A stretch of 64,000 nt of DNA from Candidatus Omnitrophota bacterium (lineage in GTDB: Bacteria; Omnitrophota; Gorgyraeia; Gygaellales; Profunditerraquicolaceae): the NCBI GenBank assembly GCA_011620275.1, contig WOZK01000031.1, positions 23,479-87,478 on the forward strand. Reading direction: 5' to 3'. A model generated the notes under the pieces. The model was not told the DNA's origin, ran no database searches, and worked only from the letters and a program-made list of their open reading frames with translations. The translations under genes and the position numbers were made by a program. Below are positions 28,412 to 36,671 of this stretch, in pieces. How positions within the stretch are numbered: position 1 is the first letter of the stretch; each line of letters starts with the position of its first letter.

Positions 28412-28441
28412 CCTTATTAAGGCATTAGCCTGAAACGAAAC

Positions 28442-29347
28442 TTACAAAGAAAGCAGATATCTGGCGGCGGAAAGCGCGGCTTTTGCCCCGTCTCCGGCGG
28501 CAATAATGATTTGTTTTTCCGGGACATCGGTAACGTCGCCGGCGGCGAACAGTCCTGGGACGTCGGTTCCGTTGGAACAATCGACCTTAATCTCCCCTTT
28601 TCCGTTCCTGGAGGCGATGGCGGCGAATTCGGAATTAGGGACAAGCCCTATCTCCACGAAAACCCCGCTGACCGGCAGTATCGATTCTTTACCCTGCGCC
28701 GAGAACCGTATATCTTCCACGAAACGGCCGCCTCTAACCTCTATTACCGAGGCATTCTTATAAACCTCCACATTGCCGGCGGCCGAAAGCCTGTCTATCA
28801 GGATCGTGTCGGCCGTGAAGCTCCCGGAAGATTCCAGCACATATACCCTGGAGGCTATGCGCGACATCTGTAGAGCCGCGTCCAGCGCCGAGTTGCCGCC
28901 GCCGATGACCGCGACGTTCCGGCCGGCGAACAAAGGCCCGTCGCAGACCGCGCAATAGGTAAGCCCCCTGCCGAGAAATTCCTTTTCCCCCTTAACTCCC
29001 AGCAGGCGCGAACGTTTCCCCGTCGCAACGATCACCGCCGAGGCGCTATATGTATCTCTTTCTCCGGAGACCCTGAACCGCCTGCCGTCCCGCGTAAGGG
29101 ATAAAGCGGTCTCGGGCTGCACCAGTTTGATACTGAATATCTTCAGATGCTCTTCGAATCTTGCGGTCAACTCCGGCCCGCTAACCACCTGACATCCGGT
29201 GTAATTCTCGATGCGTCCGCTCCAAGCCGCCTGTCCGCCGATGTCGCGGCTGATCATCATGAAATCCAGTCCCTTCCTAGCGGCATAGATGGCGGCCGTA
29301 ACTCCCGCCGGCCCTCCTCCTATTATCAAAAGATCCGCCTGTTGCAT
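28442..29347 (-). CDS. trxB: Thioredoxin-disulfide reductase
   Basis: The FAD motif is LLIIGGGPAGVTAAIYAARKG. The redox-active centre is CAVCDG. The NADPH motif is GGGNSALDAAL. It is 301 aa. Confidence 0.75.
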   Translation of the reverse strand: MQQADLLIIGGGPAGVTAAIYAARKGLDFMMISRDIGGQAAWSGRIENYTGCQVVSGPELTARFEEHLKIFSIKLVQPETALSLTRDGRRFRVSGERDTYSASAVIVATGKRSRLLGVKGEKEFLGRGLTYCAVCDGPLFAGRNVAVIGGGNSALDAALQMSRIASRVYVLESSGSFTADTILIDRLSAAGNVEVYKNASVIEVRGGRFVEDIRFSAQGKESILPVSGVFVEIGLVPNSEFAAIASRNGKGEIKVDCSNGTDVPGLFAAGDVTDVPEKQIIIAAGDGAKAALSAARYLLSL

Positions 29348-29367
29348 CTCGCTTCCCCCGCGTCCTT

Positions 29368-29604
29368 TTAAACCAGCCCCAGCGCCTGTTTTACGCGTTC
29401 GCGGTCGAATCCTACAATAAGCTCTCCTTCGATGTCGACGACCGGCACGCCCATCTGGCCGGTCCTGTCGACGATTTCATCCGCCGCAGCGCGGTCAACG
29501 GAAACGTCGATATCCTCGAAGACAACGTTGCTTTCCTTAAGGAACTGTTTCAGGCGGATACAGTAAGGACATGTGGGAGTGCTGTAAACCTTTACATTCT
29601 TCAT
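29368..29604 (-). CDS. Glutaredoxin-like protein (CPYC)
   Basis: It is 78 aa. The motif YSTPTCPYCIRLKQFL is present on a thioredoxin fold. Confidence 0.65.
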   Translation of the reverse strand: MKNVKVYSTPTCPYCIRLKQFLKESNVVFEDIDVSVDRAAADEIVDRTGQMGVPVVDIEGELIVGFDRERVKQALGLV

Positions 29605-29641
29605 ATACGCCTCCTTTACCGGGACCGGGCGGCCTCGCCTG

Positions 29642-30106
29642 TCAAGTCTTAAGAACGTCCGGTGTCAAATCCATAATACTTGCAACGTTCAGCTTAATCA
29701 TATATTCGGGTTCCGGGAGCAGGGCTTCGGGATGAAAAGGATGCCCTTTGCGGCCGCCGAGGTTGGTTATCAATCTTTGCGCCAGCCTGGCGGTTATTCT
29801 GTTCTCCCATAATCTCAAGACCTCTGCCGGCAGCCGTTCTTTCAGAATTATCTCCGCCTCCCCTTTTAGGCAATACCCCTTGAATCCGTGTTCTTCGACG
29901 GCAGTTACGCTGAACCTGCCACTGCGCAGTATATTGCCGTAAGTGCGTTTCTTATAAAGATCCAGCAGGTATATCTCCCCCGCGGGAGCGACTATATCCA
30001 CCACGCCTTTACAAGAGGAATGCGGATAACCGTCCGCGTCTATGGAACAGGCTACGACAAAACTCTGCGCGAGCAAAAAAGAAGAAACTTTTTCCGGGAT
30101 AATCAT
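29642..30106 (-). CDS. PNPOx-like FMN-binding split-barrel protein
   Basis: The start was set to the ATG at 30106 (MIIPEKVSSFLLAQSFVVACSIDADGYPHSS). The upstream part of the ORF-track frame overlaps the rubredoxin gene and is regarded as non-coding. Confidence 0.5.
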   Translation of the reverse strand: MIIPEKVSSFLLAQSFVVACSIDADGYPHSSCKGVVDIVAPAGEIYLLDLYKKRTYGNILRSGRFSVTAVEEHGFKGYCLKGEAEIILKERLPAEVLRLWENRITARLAQRLITNLGGRKGHPFHPEALLPEPEYMIKLNVASIMDLTPDVLKT

Positions 30107-30113
30107 AAGCGGG

Positions 30114-30272
30114 CTAAATTTTCTCGAACATATCTTTCCCGACACCGCATTCTGGGCAAACCCAGGCATCCGACAAAGCCTCAAACGCCGTCCCCGGAGC
30201 GATCCCGGCTGAAGGATCCCCCTGCTGAGGATCATATATATATCCGCAAACTGTACAACGGTATTTCTGCAT
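30114..30272 (-). CDS. rub: Rubredoxin (52 aa), absent from the ORF track
   Basis: Hand translation of the minus strand gives [52 protein letters not shown]. Both CxxCG knuckles are present, along with the conserved YIYDP and DxWxCPxCG segments. It lies directly upstream of the PNPOx-like gene and downstream of the flavodiiron protein gene. Confidence 0.8.
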   Translation of the reverse strand: MQKYRCTVCGYIYDPQQGDPSAGIAPGTAFEALSDAWVCPECGVGKDMFEKI

Positions 30273-30414
30273 AATAACCTCCTTTGCGCCGCAAATAATT
30301 CGGCGTTCCGCGGTCTGCTCATGATTTCAAAACTGAGCGGTATTTGTATTATCCGCGCGCCAAGGGCGGCGGTCCAGTTTCGGCTCGTGATTTTACCTTA
30401 GCCTAAAGGAGAGG

Positions 30415-30446
30415 CGTGTGTTCACCTGTGTGAAAGTATTCACTAC
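30415..30446. promoter_or_regulatory. Composite palindromic operator candidate (TTCAC-N4-GTGAA-N4-TTCAC; includes TGTGA-N6-TCAC)
   Basis: The sequence is gtgTGTTCACctgTGTGAAagtaTTCACtac. It lies between the flavodiiron protein stop and the rubredoxin start. It resembles Crp/Fnr (HcpR) or Rex half-site architecture. Confidence 0.3.
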
Positions 30447-31643
30447 TCACTTGTGCGCTTCGATAAGTCTGCGCCCGAAATCACGGCCGAATTCGCGGCA
30501 GGCCTCTAAATCAACCGGAGAAGGGCAATATTGAACGGAGATTCCGCGGCAAACCGGAGGTATACCGGCTCCGGACAACACCGCTTCCATCTCATTCACC
30601 GCCCCGCCAGCCCAGCCGAAAGAGCCGAAAACCGCACTAAGACGGTTCCGCGGTTTTAATCCTTTGAGCAAATGAAGGAATCCGGCGAGATCCGGCAGCA
30701 TGCCGTTGTCATGGGTGGATGAACCAAAAAGATATCCTCCGGCCTCAAGCATCCTGCCTATTATTTCCGTGCGGTCGGCCCGGTTTATGTCGAACACCTC
30801 GGCCTCTACCCCCGCCTCCAACAACCCGGAGTAAATCGCGCCCGCCATCTTTTCAGTGCCTCCCCACATGCTTTCATAGACGATCACGGCCCTGGGGACT
30901 GAAGAATTCAGCGCCCAACGGGAGTAGCTCTCGATTATCGCGCCGGGATCGTTACGCCATATCATACCGTGGCTGGGAGCGATCATGGAGACCGACAGGC
31001 CGCTTTCCCGCAGTTCCGCGATCTTTCCGGATACAAGCCGGCTCAAAGGCCAGAGGATATTGGCGTAGTATTTGGCCGCCTCTCGCATAAGCGTCCCCTG
31101 CTCGGCCTCGTCGGCGAACCTTCTGCAGTGGGCGAGGTGCTGCCCGAAAGCGTCGTTGGAAAATAGTATTTCCTTCCCTTCCAGATAAGTGAACATACTG
31201 TCCGGCCAATGCAGCATGGGGGCTTCAATAAAAACGAGCGATCTCTTCCCCAGGGCAAGTCTGTCGCCGGTCTTTACGGTCTGAAAAGGCCAATCCGCGT
31301 AATAATGCCTCGATAGACCCTCGCGGCATTTTGCCGTCCCTAACAGCTTTGCCCGTGGGGCCGCGCGCATCACTTCCGGCAAGGCTCCCGAATGGTCTGT
31401 TTCCACGTGGTTCGCCACGACATAATCTATCTTCTCCGGTGGTACGATCGCGGAGATATTCTCCAGCAAATCCCGTGAAAAAGGTCCGAATACGGTATCT
31501 ATAAGAGTGATCTTGTCATCTATTATAAGGTAGGCATTATACGTAGTTCCCGAGGAAGTATTGAAAGTGTGACCGTGAAAATTCCTGATGTTCCAGTCCA
31601 CGGCACCGACCCAGAATATATCTTTGCTTATTTCACAAAACAC
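30447..31643 (-). CDS. fprA: Flavodiiron protein (rubredoxin:oxygen/NO oxidoreductase; metallo-beta-lactamase plus flavodoxin domains)
   Basis: It has a GTG start preceded by an AGGAGGAG SD sequence. The di-iron ligand motif reads ANHVETDHSGALP (HxExDH). The C-terminal flavodoxin-like domain includes AVIVYESMWGGTEKMA. Confidence 0.8.
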   Translation of the reverse strand: MFCEISKDIFWVGAVDWNIRNFHGHTFNTSSGTTYNAYLIIDDKITLIDTVFGPFSRDLLENISAIVPPEKIDYVVANHVETDHSGALPEVMRAAPRAKLLGTAKCREGLSRHYYADWPFQTVKTGDRLALGKRSLVFIEAPMLHWPDSMFTYLEGKEILFSNDAFGQHLAHCRRFADEAEQGTLMREAAKYYANILWPLSRLVSGKIAELRESGLSVSMIAPSHGMIWRNDPGAIIESYSRWALNSSVPRAVIVYESMWGGTEKMAGAIYSGLLEAGVEAEVFDINRADRTEIIGRMLEAGGYLFGSSTHDNGMLPDLAGFLHLLKGLKPRNRLSAVFGSFGWAGGAVNEMEAVLSGAGIPPVCRGISVQYCPSPVDLEACREFGRDFGRRLIEAHK

Positions 31644-31660
31644 CGGCTCCTCCTTTAGGC

Positions 31661-31688
31661 TTGAAAACCGGGGATTCCTGCGGTTTGA
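31661..31688. repeat. Intergenic repeat family, copy D (distal-type unit immediately upstream of the fprA RBS)
   Basis: GAAAACCGGGGATTCCTGCGGTTTGATT is identical to the 28 nt at 23838-23866. Confidence 0.5.
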
Positions 31689-31704
31689 TTGAAGCTCCCC
31701 GCCA

Positions 31705-32748
31705 TCATTCGCTCACGATATCCTTGCCGGTCTCCTGCCCCCGCCAGAATACCAACCGCCGCCTGGCGTACGCGATATTCTGTTCCTGTTGAACGTCCTT
31801 TCCCGCCCTGGCGAGGAAATCGGAATACGCCGCCGCGGCTTCCCTGCCCTTAAAAAGTTTGTCGAACACAAGCGCCTTGTTGAAATAAGCGGCGGTGAAT
31901 CCGGGATCTATCTTCAAGGCCATGTTGAAATCGTTAAGGGCGTCCATGTATTTCTCCTGCCGGCGGAAGACGACGCCCCGGTTATTGTAGGCCTTGACGC
32001 AGGCGGGGTCCAGCTCTATGGCCCTGGAATAATCGGCGATAGCCTTGGCGTACTGTTTAAGACGCAGGAAAACGTTGCCGCGGTCGTTGTACGCCTGCAC
32101 ATAAAAAGGGTCTATGCGTAGGGCTTCGTTAAAATCGGCCAGGGCGGAATCAAAAACTCCGAGTTTGAAATAAGCGTTACCCCGGTTATCGTAAGCCTCG
32201 CTGTAATCCTCATCCAGCTCTATTGCAGTGCCGAAATCCCGCACGGCCTTCTCGTACATCCCGGTCTCGAGATTAACCCTCCCCCTGGCGTTGTATCCCG
32301 GAGCGTAAGAAGAATCCATCCCTACCATCTTTTCCCCGTCGGCCCCGGCAGACCTATAATCTGTCTTATCGAGAAAAATATTGCAGCGTATAAGATACGC
32401 TTTTATGTAACCGGGGCTGGCTTCTATGGCGGCGTCCAGCTCTTCCAACGCCGGATTATGATATTTTTTACGGAAATAATCCACGCCTTTGAATATATTC
32501 ACAGCCGTAGAGGAAGGCACCAGACCCTGCCGGATATCCTCGATTATCTGCAGGTAAAAAACCGCCTCCGGATCTAACCTGTTGAGCTGGTATGCCTGCC
32601 GGAATTCCGCGGATGCCGAAGGGAAATCGGCTTTCATGGCGTAAACCACCCCGCGGTAAATGAATTCGCCTCTTTCCCCGGCGGCAAAAGCCGCGCCGGA
32701 CGACAACAATACCGCCCCCAGGATAAACCCGGATATCTTAGTCAGCAT
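31705..32748 (-). CDS. Secreted TPR-repeat protein
   Basis: The start was moved to the ATG at 32748, which is preceded by a GGAGGGAAG SD sequence. The signal peptide is MLTKISGFILGAVLLSSGAAFAA. There are at least six TPR units, for example AYNDRGNVFLRLKQYAKAIADYSRAIELDP. Confidence 0.6.
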   Translation of the reverse strand: MLTKISGFILGAVLLSSGAAFAAGERGEFIYRGVVYAMKADFPSASAEFRQAYQLNRLDPEAVFYLQIIEDIRQGLVPSSTAVNIFKGVDYFRKKYHNPALEELDAAIEASPGYIKAYLIRCNIFLDKTDYRSAGADGEKMVGMDSSYAPGYNARGRVNLETGMYEKAVRDFGTAIELDEDYSEAYDNRGNAYFKLGVFDSALADFNEALRIDPFYVQAYNDRGNVFLRLKQYAKAIADYSRAIELDPACVKAYNNRGVVFRRQEKYMDALNDFNMALKIDPGFTAAYFNKALVFDKLFKGREAAAAYSDFLARAGKDVQQEQNIAYARRRLVFWRGQETGKDIVSE

Positions 32749-32987
32749 GATTCTTCCCTCCGGAGAGGAATACCTCGTACTAAAACCAGCAGTTCCTCTG
32801 TTTTTCCGGCGAAGCGGATGCGTCGCCGGTACACAGCGCATATTCGGCTGCAGATTTACTGCTATTCTTTTTCCGACAGTAATCGATTCGGAGCAAATCC
32901 CTCTTTTTGATTCTCGATCGCTCCTGCAGCATCCCTGAAACTTACAACCAATCATCCCGTTTTGATCAATCGGCCGGCACGAAAGTC

Positions 32988-33389
32988 TCAGCCAATAGTC
33001 AATACAGCCGAATTCTCCCAGAGCCCGTGGATATTACAATAAGCGCAGGCGACCACCGTGCCCGGCTTCTCTGTTTTTATCTTCACTGTTACCCCGGGGA
33101 GAGAATATACGCCGCTGGTATCCGACCCCTGGGTAGACGCTCCATGCGCGGGAAATTCGCACCTGGCGACCTGATAAGGGAATTTCTCGCCCTGCGGAAG
33201 AAAATACACCTCTATATAAGCGATATGATGAGCTGAGGTGTTTGGATGCGGAATCTGCCTGCCAACCGTCACGATTATCTCGAATGTCCCGTCTTTAGAC
33301 GCCTGAAGAGGCAAATCTATAGCCGGAACGTGTTTTTCCGTTTTCCAATCGGCATTCTGGAACAGGTCTTTCATCAAAGTCATTTTCAC
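32988..33389 (-). CDS. sor: Superoxide reductase (1Fe neelaredoxin/desulfoferrodoxin centre II type)
   Basis: The motif EKHVPAI is present. The His ligands are in HPNTSAHHIAYIE. The Cys-His ligands are in CNIHGLW. It is 133 aa. Confidence 0.8.
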   Translation of the reverse strand: MKMTLMKDLFQNADWKTEKHVPAIDLPLQASKDGTFEIIVTVGRQIPHPNTSAHHIAYIEVYFLPQGEKFPYQVARCEFPAHGASTQGSDTSGVYSLPGVTVKIKTEKPGTVVACAYCNIHGLWENSAVLTIG

Positions 33390-33399
33390 GACTCCTTCT

Positions 33400-33780
33400 T
33401 CAATAGCCGGTGAAACCTTCGTTTTTAATGTTGCTTCCGAGGCACCTGATCTGCGAACAAACCCCTCTCATTTCCGTTACCATGGCGGGAGACCCGAAAA
33501 TGAATACCGTTCTATCCTTGAATAACGGATCGCGCCCTTCTATGAAAGCGCGGTCTATCCGCCCGTAAAAACAGCCATCCTCCGGCGGCCGGCTCTCGGT
33601 AACCACATAGTGCACCTTAAACCGGCCGTTATCCGGAGCCGCCTCATCGAAAATAAGTTTCAGGAACTGCCCGGGAAGGAAATCAATTTTCTCCGCGCAG
33701 TCGAAACGAAAACTCCTGATACAGGAAGTCCTTTCCGTGCCGCCGGCAAAGGAAACATCGAATATCCTCATAAGCCGCAC
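33400..33780 (-). CDS. Hypothetical protein; possible degenerate fragment of an FNR-like FAD/NAD oxidoreductase
   Basis: FAD-domain-like segments are present, CIRSFRF and DFLPGQFLKL, and a C-terminal VFIFGSPAMV. The Gly-rich NAD motif is missing and the spacing between segments is too short. It overlaps the ldh stop by 13 bp. Confidence 0.3.
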   Translation of the reverse strand: MRLMRIFDVSFAGGTERTSCIRSFRFDCAEKIDFLPGQFLKLIFDEAAPDNGRFKVHYVVTESRPPEDGCFYGRIDRAFIEGRDPLFKDRTVFIFGSPAMVTEMRGVCSQIRCLGSNIKNEGFTGY

Positions 33781-34712
33781 TCGTCCAGCACGTTTCTTAT
33801 CTCCACGGCCGACTTCTTCAACAATCCAATCTCTACTTCGTTAAGCCTGGGCCTGAGGATCTGCCGCACTCCGGAACGGTTCACCACCGCCGGGAGGCTC
33901 ATATAGACGTCGTTCATGCCGTAATAATCCGCAACAAGGCAGCCGACCGGCAACACGGAATTCTGATCGTGCAGGACGGCATGAGTGATACGCACCAGGG
34001 CGAGCCCGATACCATAGGAAGTCTCCCCTTTGCGCTCGATGACCTTGTAAGCGAAAGTGCGCACTTCCTCCGATATTTTTTCCAGCAGGTCCCCACGGTC
34101 GCATTTACCGCAGACCGGACAGTATTCATCCAGCAGTATCCCGCCGATCATAGCGCGGCTCCAGACAGGGAACTCGCTGTCCCCGTGCTCCCCCAGCATG
34201 TAAGCGTGAATGTTGCGCGCGTCGACACCGCAATGGCATGAGAGTAACCAGCGCAACCTGCCGGAATCCAGCACCGTGCCGGAACCTATCACCTTCCCGG
34301 AAGGCCTGCCGGAGAATTTATACGCGGCGTAAGACAGCACGTCTACCGGATTGGAAACTATAAGGAGTACCGCGTCCGGAGCGTGTTTTACTATCTCGGG
34401 GACGATCCGGCGAAAGAGGTCCACGTTGTCCTTTGCCAGCGCCATGCGCGTCTGGCCCGGGTTTTGCTTGCGCCCGGCGGTAATCACCACCAGGTCCGAT
34501 CCTGCGATATCCGAGTATGTCCCGGAAGAGACTTCTACCGGAGAAACGATATACGGCATGCCGCTGGAAAGATCGAGGACCTCTCCTTCCGCGCGCTCTG
34601 TGTCGACGTCAACTATCACGATCGATCTGGCCGCTCCTCCGATCATAAGACTGTAGGTGTAGCGCATGCCGACGTTGCCGCAGCCGATGACCGCAACTTT
34701 TGGTTTAAGCAT
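33768..34712 (-). CDS. ldh: L-lactate dehydrogenase (LDH/MDH family; Gln at the substrate-specificity position)
   Basis: The Rossmann motif is KVAVIGCGNVGM. The motif ITAGRKQNPGQTRMAL aligns its Q with LDH Gln102 and its TR with Arg109. The catalytic His region is MLGEHGDSE. Confidence 0.75.
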   Translation of the reverse strand: MLKPKVAVIGCGNVGMRYTYSLMIGGAARSIVIVDVDTERAEGEVLDLSSGMPYIVSPVEVSSGTYSDIAGSDLVVITAGRKQNPGQTRMALAKDNVDLFRRIVPEIVKHAPDAVLLIVSNPVDVLSYAAYKFSGRPSGKVIGSGTVLDSGRLRWLLSCHCGVDARNIHAYMLGEHGDSEFPVWSRAMIGGILLDEYCPVCGKCDRGDLLEKISEEVRTFAYKVIERKGETSYGIGLALVRITHAVLHDQNSVLPVGCLVADYYGMNDVYMSLPAVVNRSGVRQILRPRLNEVEIGLLKKSAVEIRNVLDECGL

Positions 34713-34725
34713 CCATTCCCCCGCT

Positions 34726-35829
34726 CTACAGTCCCGCTTTCAGTGTGCTGTTCTCCAGCTCTTCTATCTCCGCCTTCAGCTTATCCGGCAAACCCAGCAC
34801 CCCGCCATCCATGAATCCACGCACGATCAGCGACTGCGCCTCCCGAGGGGAGAACCCGCGGCAGCGCAGGTATTCGATTTCATCCTTGTTGATCCTGCCG
34901 ATGGCGGCTTCATGCGAAAGGTCCACGTCGCGGTAATCGGTCTCCATCTCCGGTATCGCGTAAATGCTGCCCTGTTCCGGCAGTATCAGGCCCCGGCATT
35001 CCAGGTGACCTTTGACGTTGCGGGCGGAGGCCTTGATATGCCCGCGGGCCACCACCTTTCCGCCCAGACTGACCGCTCTCGAGATGATCTCCGCCTGCGT
35101 CTCCTCGGCCTGCAGCGCGACGCGGGATCCGACGTCCTGCAGGGAACCGGGATGCGAAAGTATTATGGAATTAAAACTCGCCCGCGCTTTTCTGCCGTGC
35201 AAAAGAGCCGTGGGATACATAGTGATGTCGCGCACCGGTTTCAGACAGACGTAATTCGAGATAAACACCGCCTCTTCCCCGACGGAAGTGATGCTCACCG
35301 GTTTCACGCTGACGCTTTCCTGCCAGGAATGGATCATGGTAAAATTAAGATATGCCCCGTTGTGCACGAAAAATTCCGATATACCCAGATGCATGCCTTC
35401 GGACGCGGAGTGGGAGGCGGAACACCCCGTTATTATGTAGGCCTTGGCACCCTCTTCCACTACGATCAGGTTGTGCACCTTCTGCCTGAACCCCTGCTGT
35501 TTCAGAAAAAGGCAGGCCTGCACCGGGAATTCTATTTTATGACCGCGCTTGACCCGGATGAAATATCCGCCTTCAGTCTCTCTGTCGAAATCCCTGCCCG
35601 TGGAACGGAAATTAGCGCCGAAATAACCGGCGGCCTCCGGATATGTTTCCAAGGCTTCCTTGATCTCCATTATCTCCAGGCCGTCTGAAAGGGACCGGGC
35701 AAACATCAGCCCGGAGTCCTGCTGCAGGAAGCTTCCCGAGCGGTCCTTCTCGGAGAAATCCATCCCCGTGGAGACGATGGTATCACGGTCGCGACCCTCC
35801 AGATTATCTTGCCGATTGTGCTCTGTCAT
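34726..35829 (-). CDS. sufB: SufB/SufD-family Fe-S cluster assembly protein
   Basis: A C-terminal beta-helix match to SufB/D is present, GKVVARGHIKASARNVKGHLECRGLIL. The start is uncertain; the ATG at 35829 overlaps sufC by 26 bp. Confidence 0.65.
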   Translation of the reverse strand: MTEHNRQDNLEGRDRDTIVSTGMDFSEKDRSGSFLQQDSGLMFARSLSDGLEIMEIKEALETYPEAAGYFGANFRSTGRDFDRETEGGYFIRVKRGHKIEFPVQACLFLKQQGFRQKVHNLIVVEEGAKAYIITGCSASHSASEGMHLGISEFFVHNGAYLNFTMIHSWQESVSVKPVSITSVGEEAVFISNYVCLKPVRDITMYPTALLHGRKARASFNSIILSHPGSLQDVGSRVALQAEETQAEIISRAVSLGGKVVARGHIKASARNVKGHLECRGLILPEQGSIYAIPEMETDYRDVDLSHEAAIGRINKDEIEYLRCRGFSPREAQSLIVRGFMDGGVLGLPDKLKAEIEELENSTLKAGL

Positions 35830-36535
35830 CGCATTCCATACATTTGTCGTATCCGCGTTCCCTGATGTTTTCGAATATCTCTTTCGGCCTGCCCACGCAC
35901 CACATCTTCCCATCTATCATCACGCAGCCTTTCCCGGCGTTTATATAATCCAGGATATAACCGGTATGGGTTATGATCAGGGCCGACTTGCCTTCTTCTT
36001 TGAGATATCCATCCAGTACTTTTCCCATGACCGAAATGTTCTCCAGATCCACGCCCGACTCCGGCTCGTCGAGGAGGAGCAGATCGGGATCCTGCAGGAT
36101 CAGTTGAAAAAGTTCCGAACGTTTCATCTCTCCTCCGGAAAACCCCATATTTATGTCCCTGGATAGATGCGAAGAAAGAGAAAGCCTTTCCGACATCTCC
36201 TTTATCAACCCGGCATTGCCGTTCAGACGGCCGGCGACCTGGGCAAGCTTGACGCCCCTGACCTGCGGAGGGTGCTGATACATTAACCCGAGACCGAGCT
36301 TCACTCTTTCTTCCACGGGAAGCCCGTCTATCCTGGTCTCTCCCAGAAAGATTTCGCCGGAGATCACTTTGTACCCCTCGAATCCCATTATCGCCTTAAG
36401 CAGCGTGCTCTTGCCGCTGCCGTTCGGCCCAAACAGCACAACCACTTCCCCCTTGCGTATATGCATATTCACGCCCTGAAGGATGAGATGCCCGGACACT
36501 TCCACGCTTATATCTTTGACTTCAAGCATCATCAT
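35804..36535 (-). CDS. sufC: Fe-S cluster assembly ATPase SufC
   Basis: The start is at the ATGATGATG at 36535. Walker A is GPNGSGKST. The ABC signature is FSGGEMKRSEL. Walker B is LLLLDEPESGVD. Confidence 0.8.
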   Translation of the reverse strand: MMMLEVKDISVEVSGHLILQGVNMHIRKGEVVVLFGPNGSGKSTLLKAIMGFEGYKVISGEIFLGETRIDGLPVEERVKLGLGLMYQHPPQVRGVKLAQVAGRLNGNAGLIKEMSERLSLSSHLSRDINMGFSGGEMKRSELFQLILQDPDLLLLDEPESGVDLENISVMGKVLDGYLKEEGKSALIITHTGYILDYINAGKGCVMIDGKMWCVGRPKEIFENIRERGYDKCMECDDRAQSAR

Positions 36536-36671
36536 GATTTCCCTTTGTATGACCGGCTCGCCGGCCCGTTCTATTCTACCAGTAAAGGAACTCCTTAGTA
36601 AACTATTTTCTTGAGAGAAACCTCCCGGTAGAAGCTGCATTCCTGGGCGGCAGCCGAAGGTGCGCTCCCGG

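Noticed and set aside
33400-33780. Treating the 126-aa ORF as a bona fide small FAD/NAD oxidoreductase
   Set aside because: It lacks the Gly-rich NAD(P)-binding motif and is far too short for the FNR fold. It is more plausibly a gene remnant, and was kept as a low-confidence feature.
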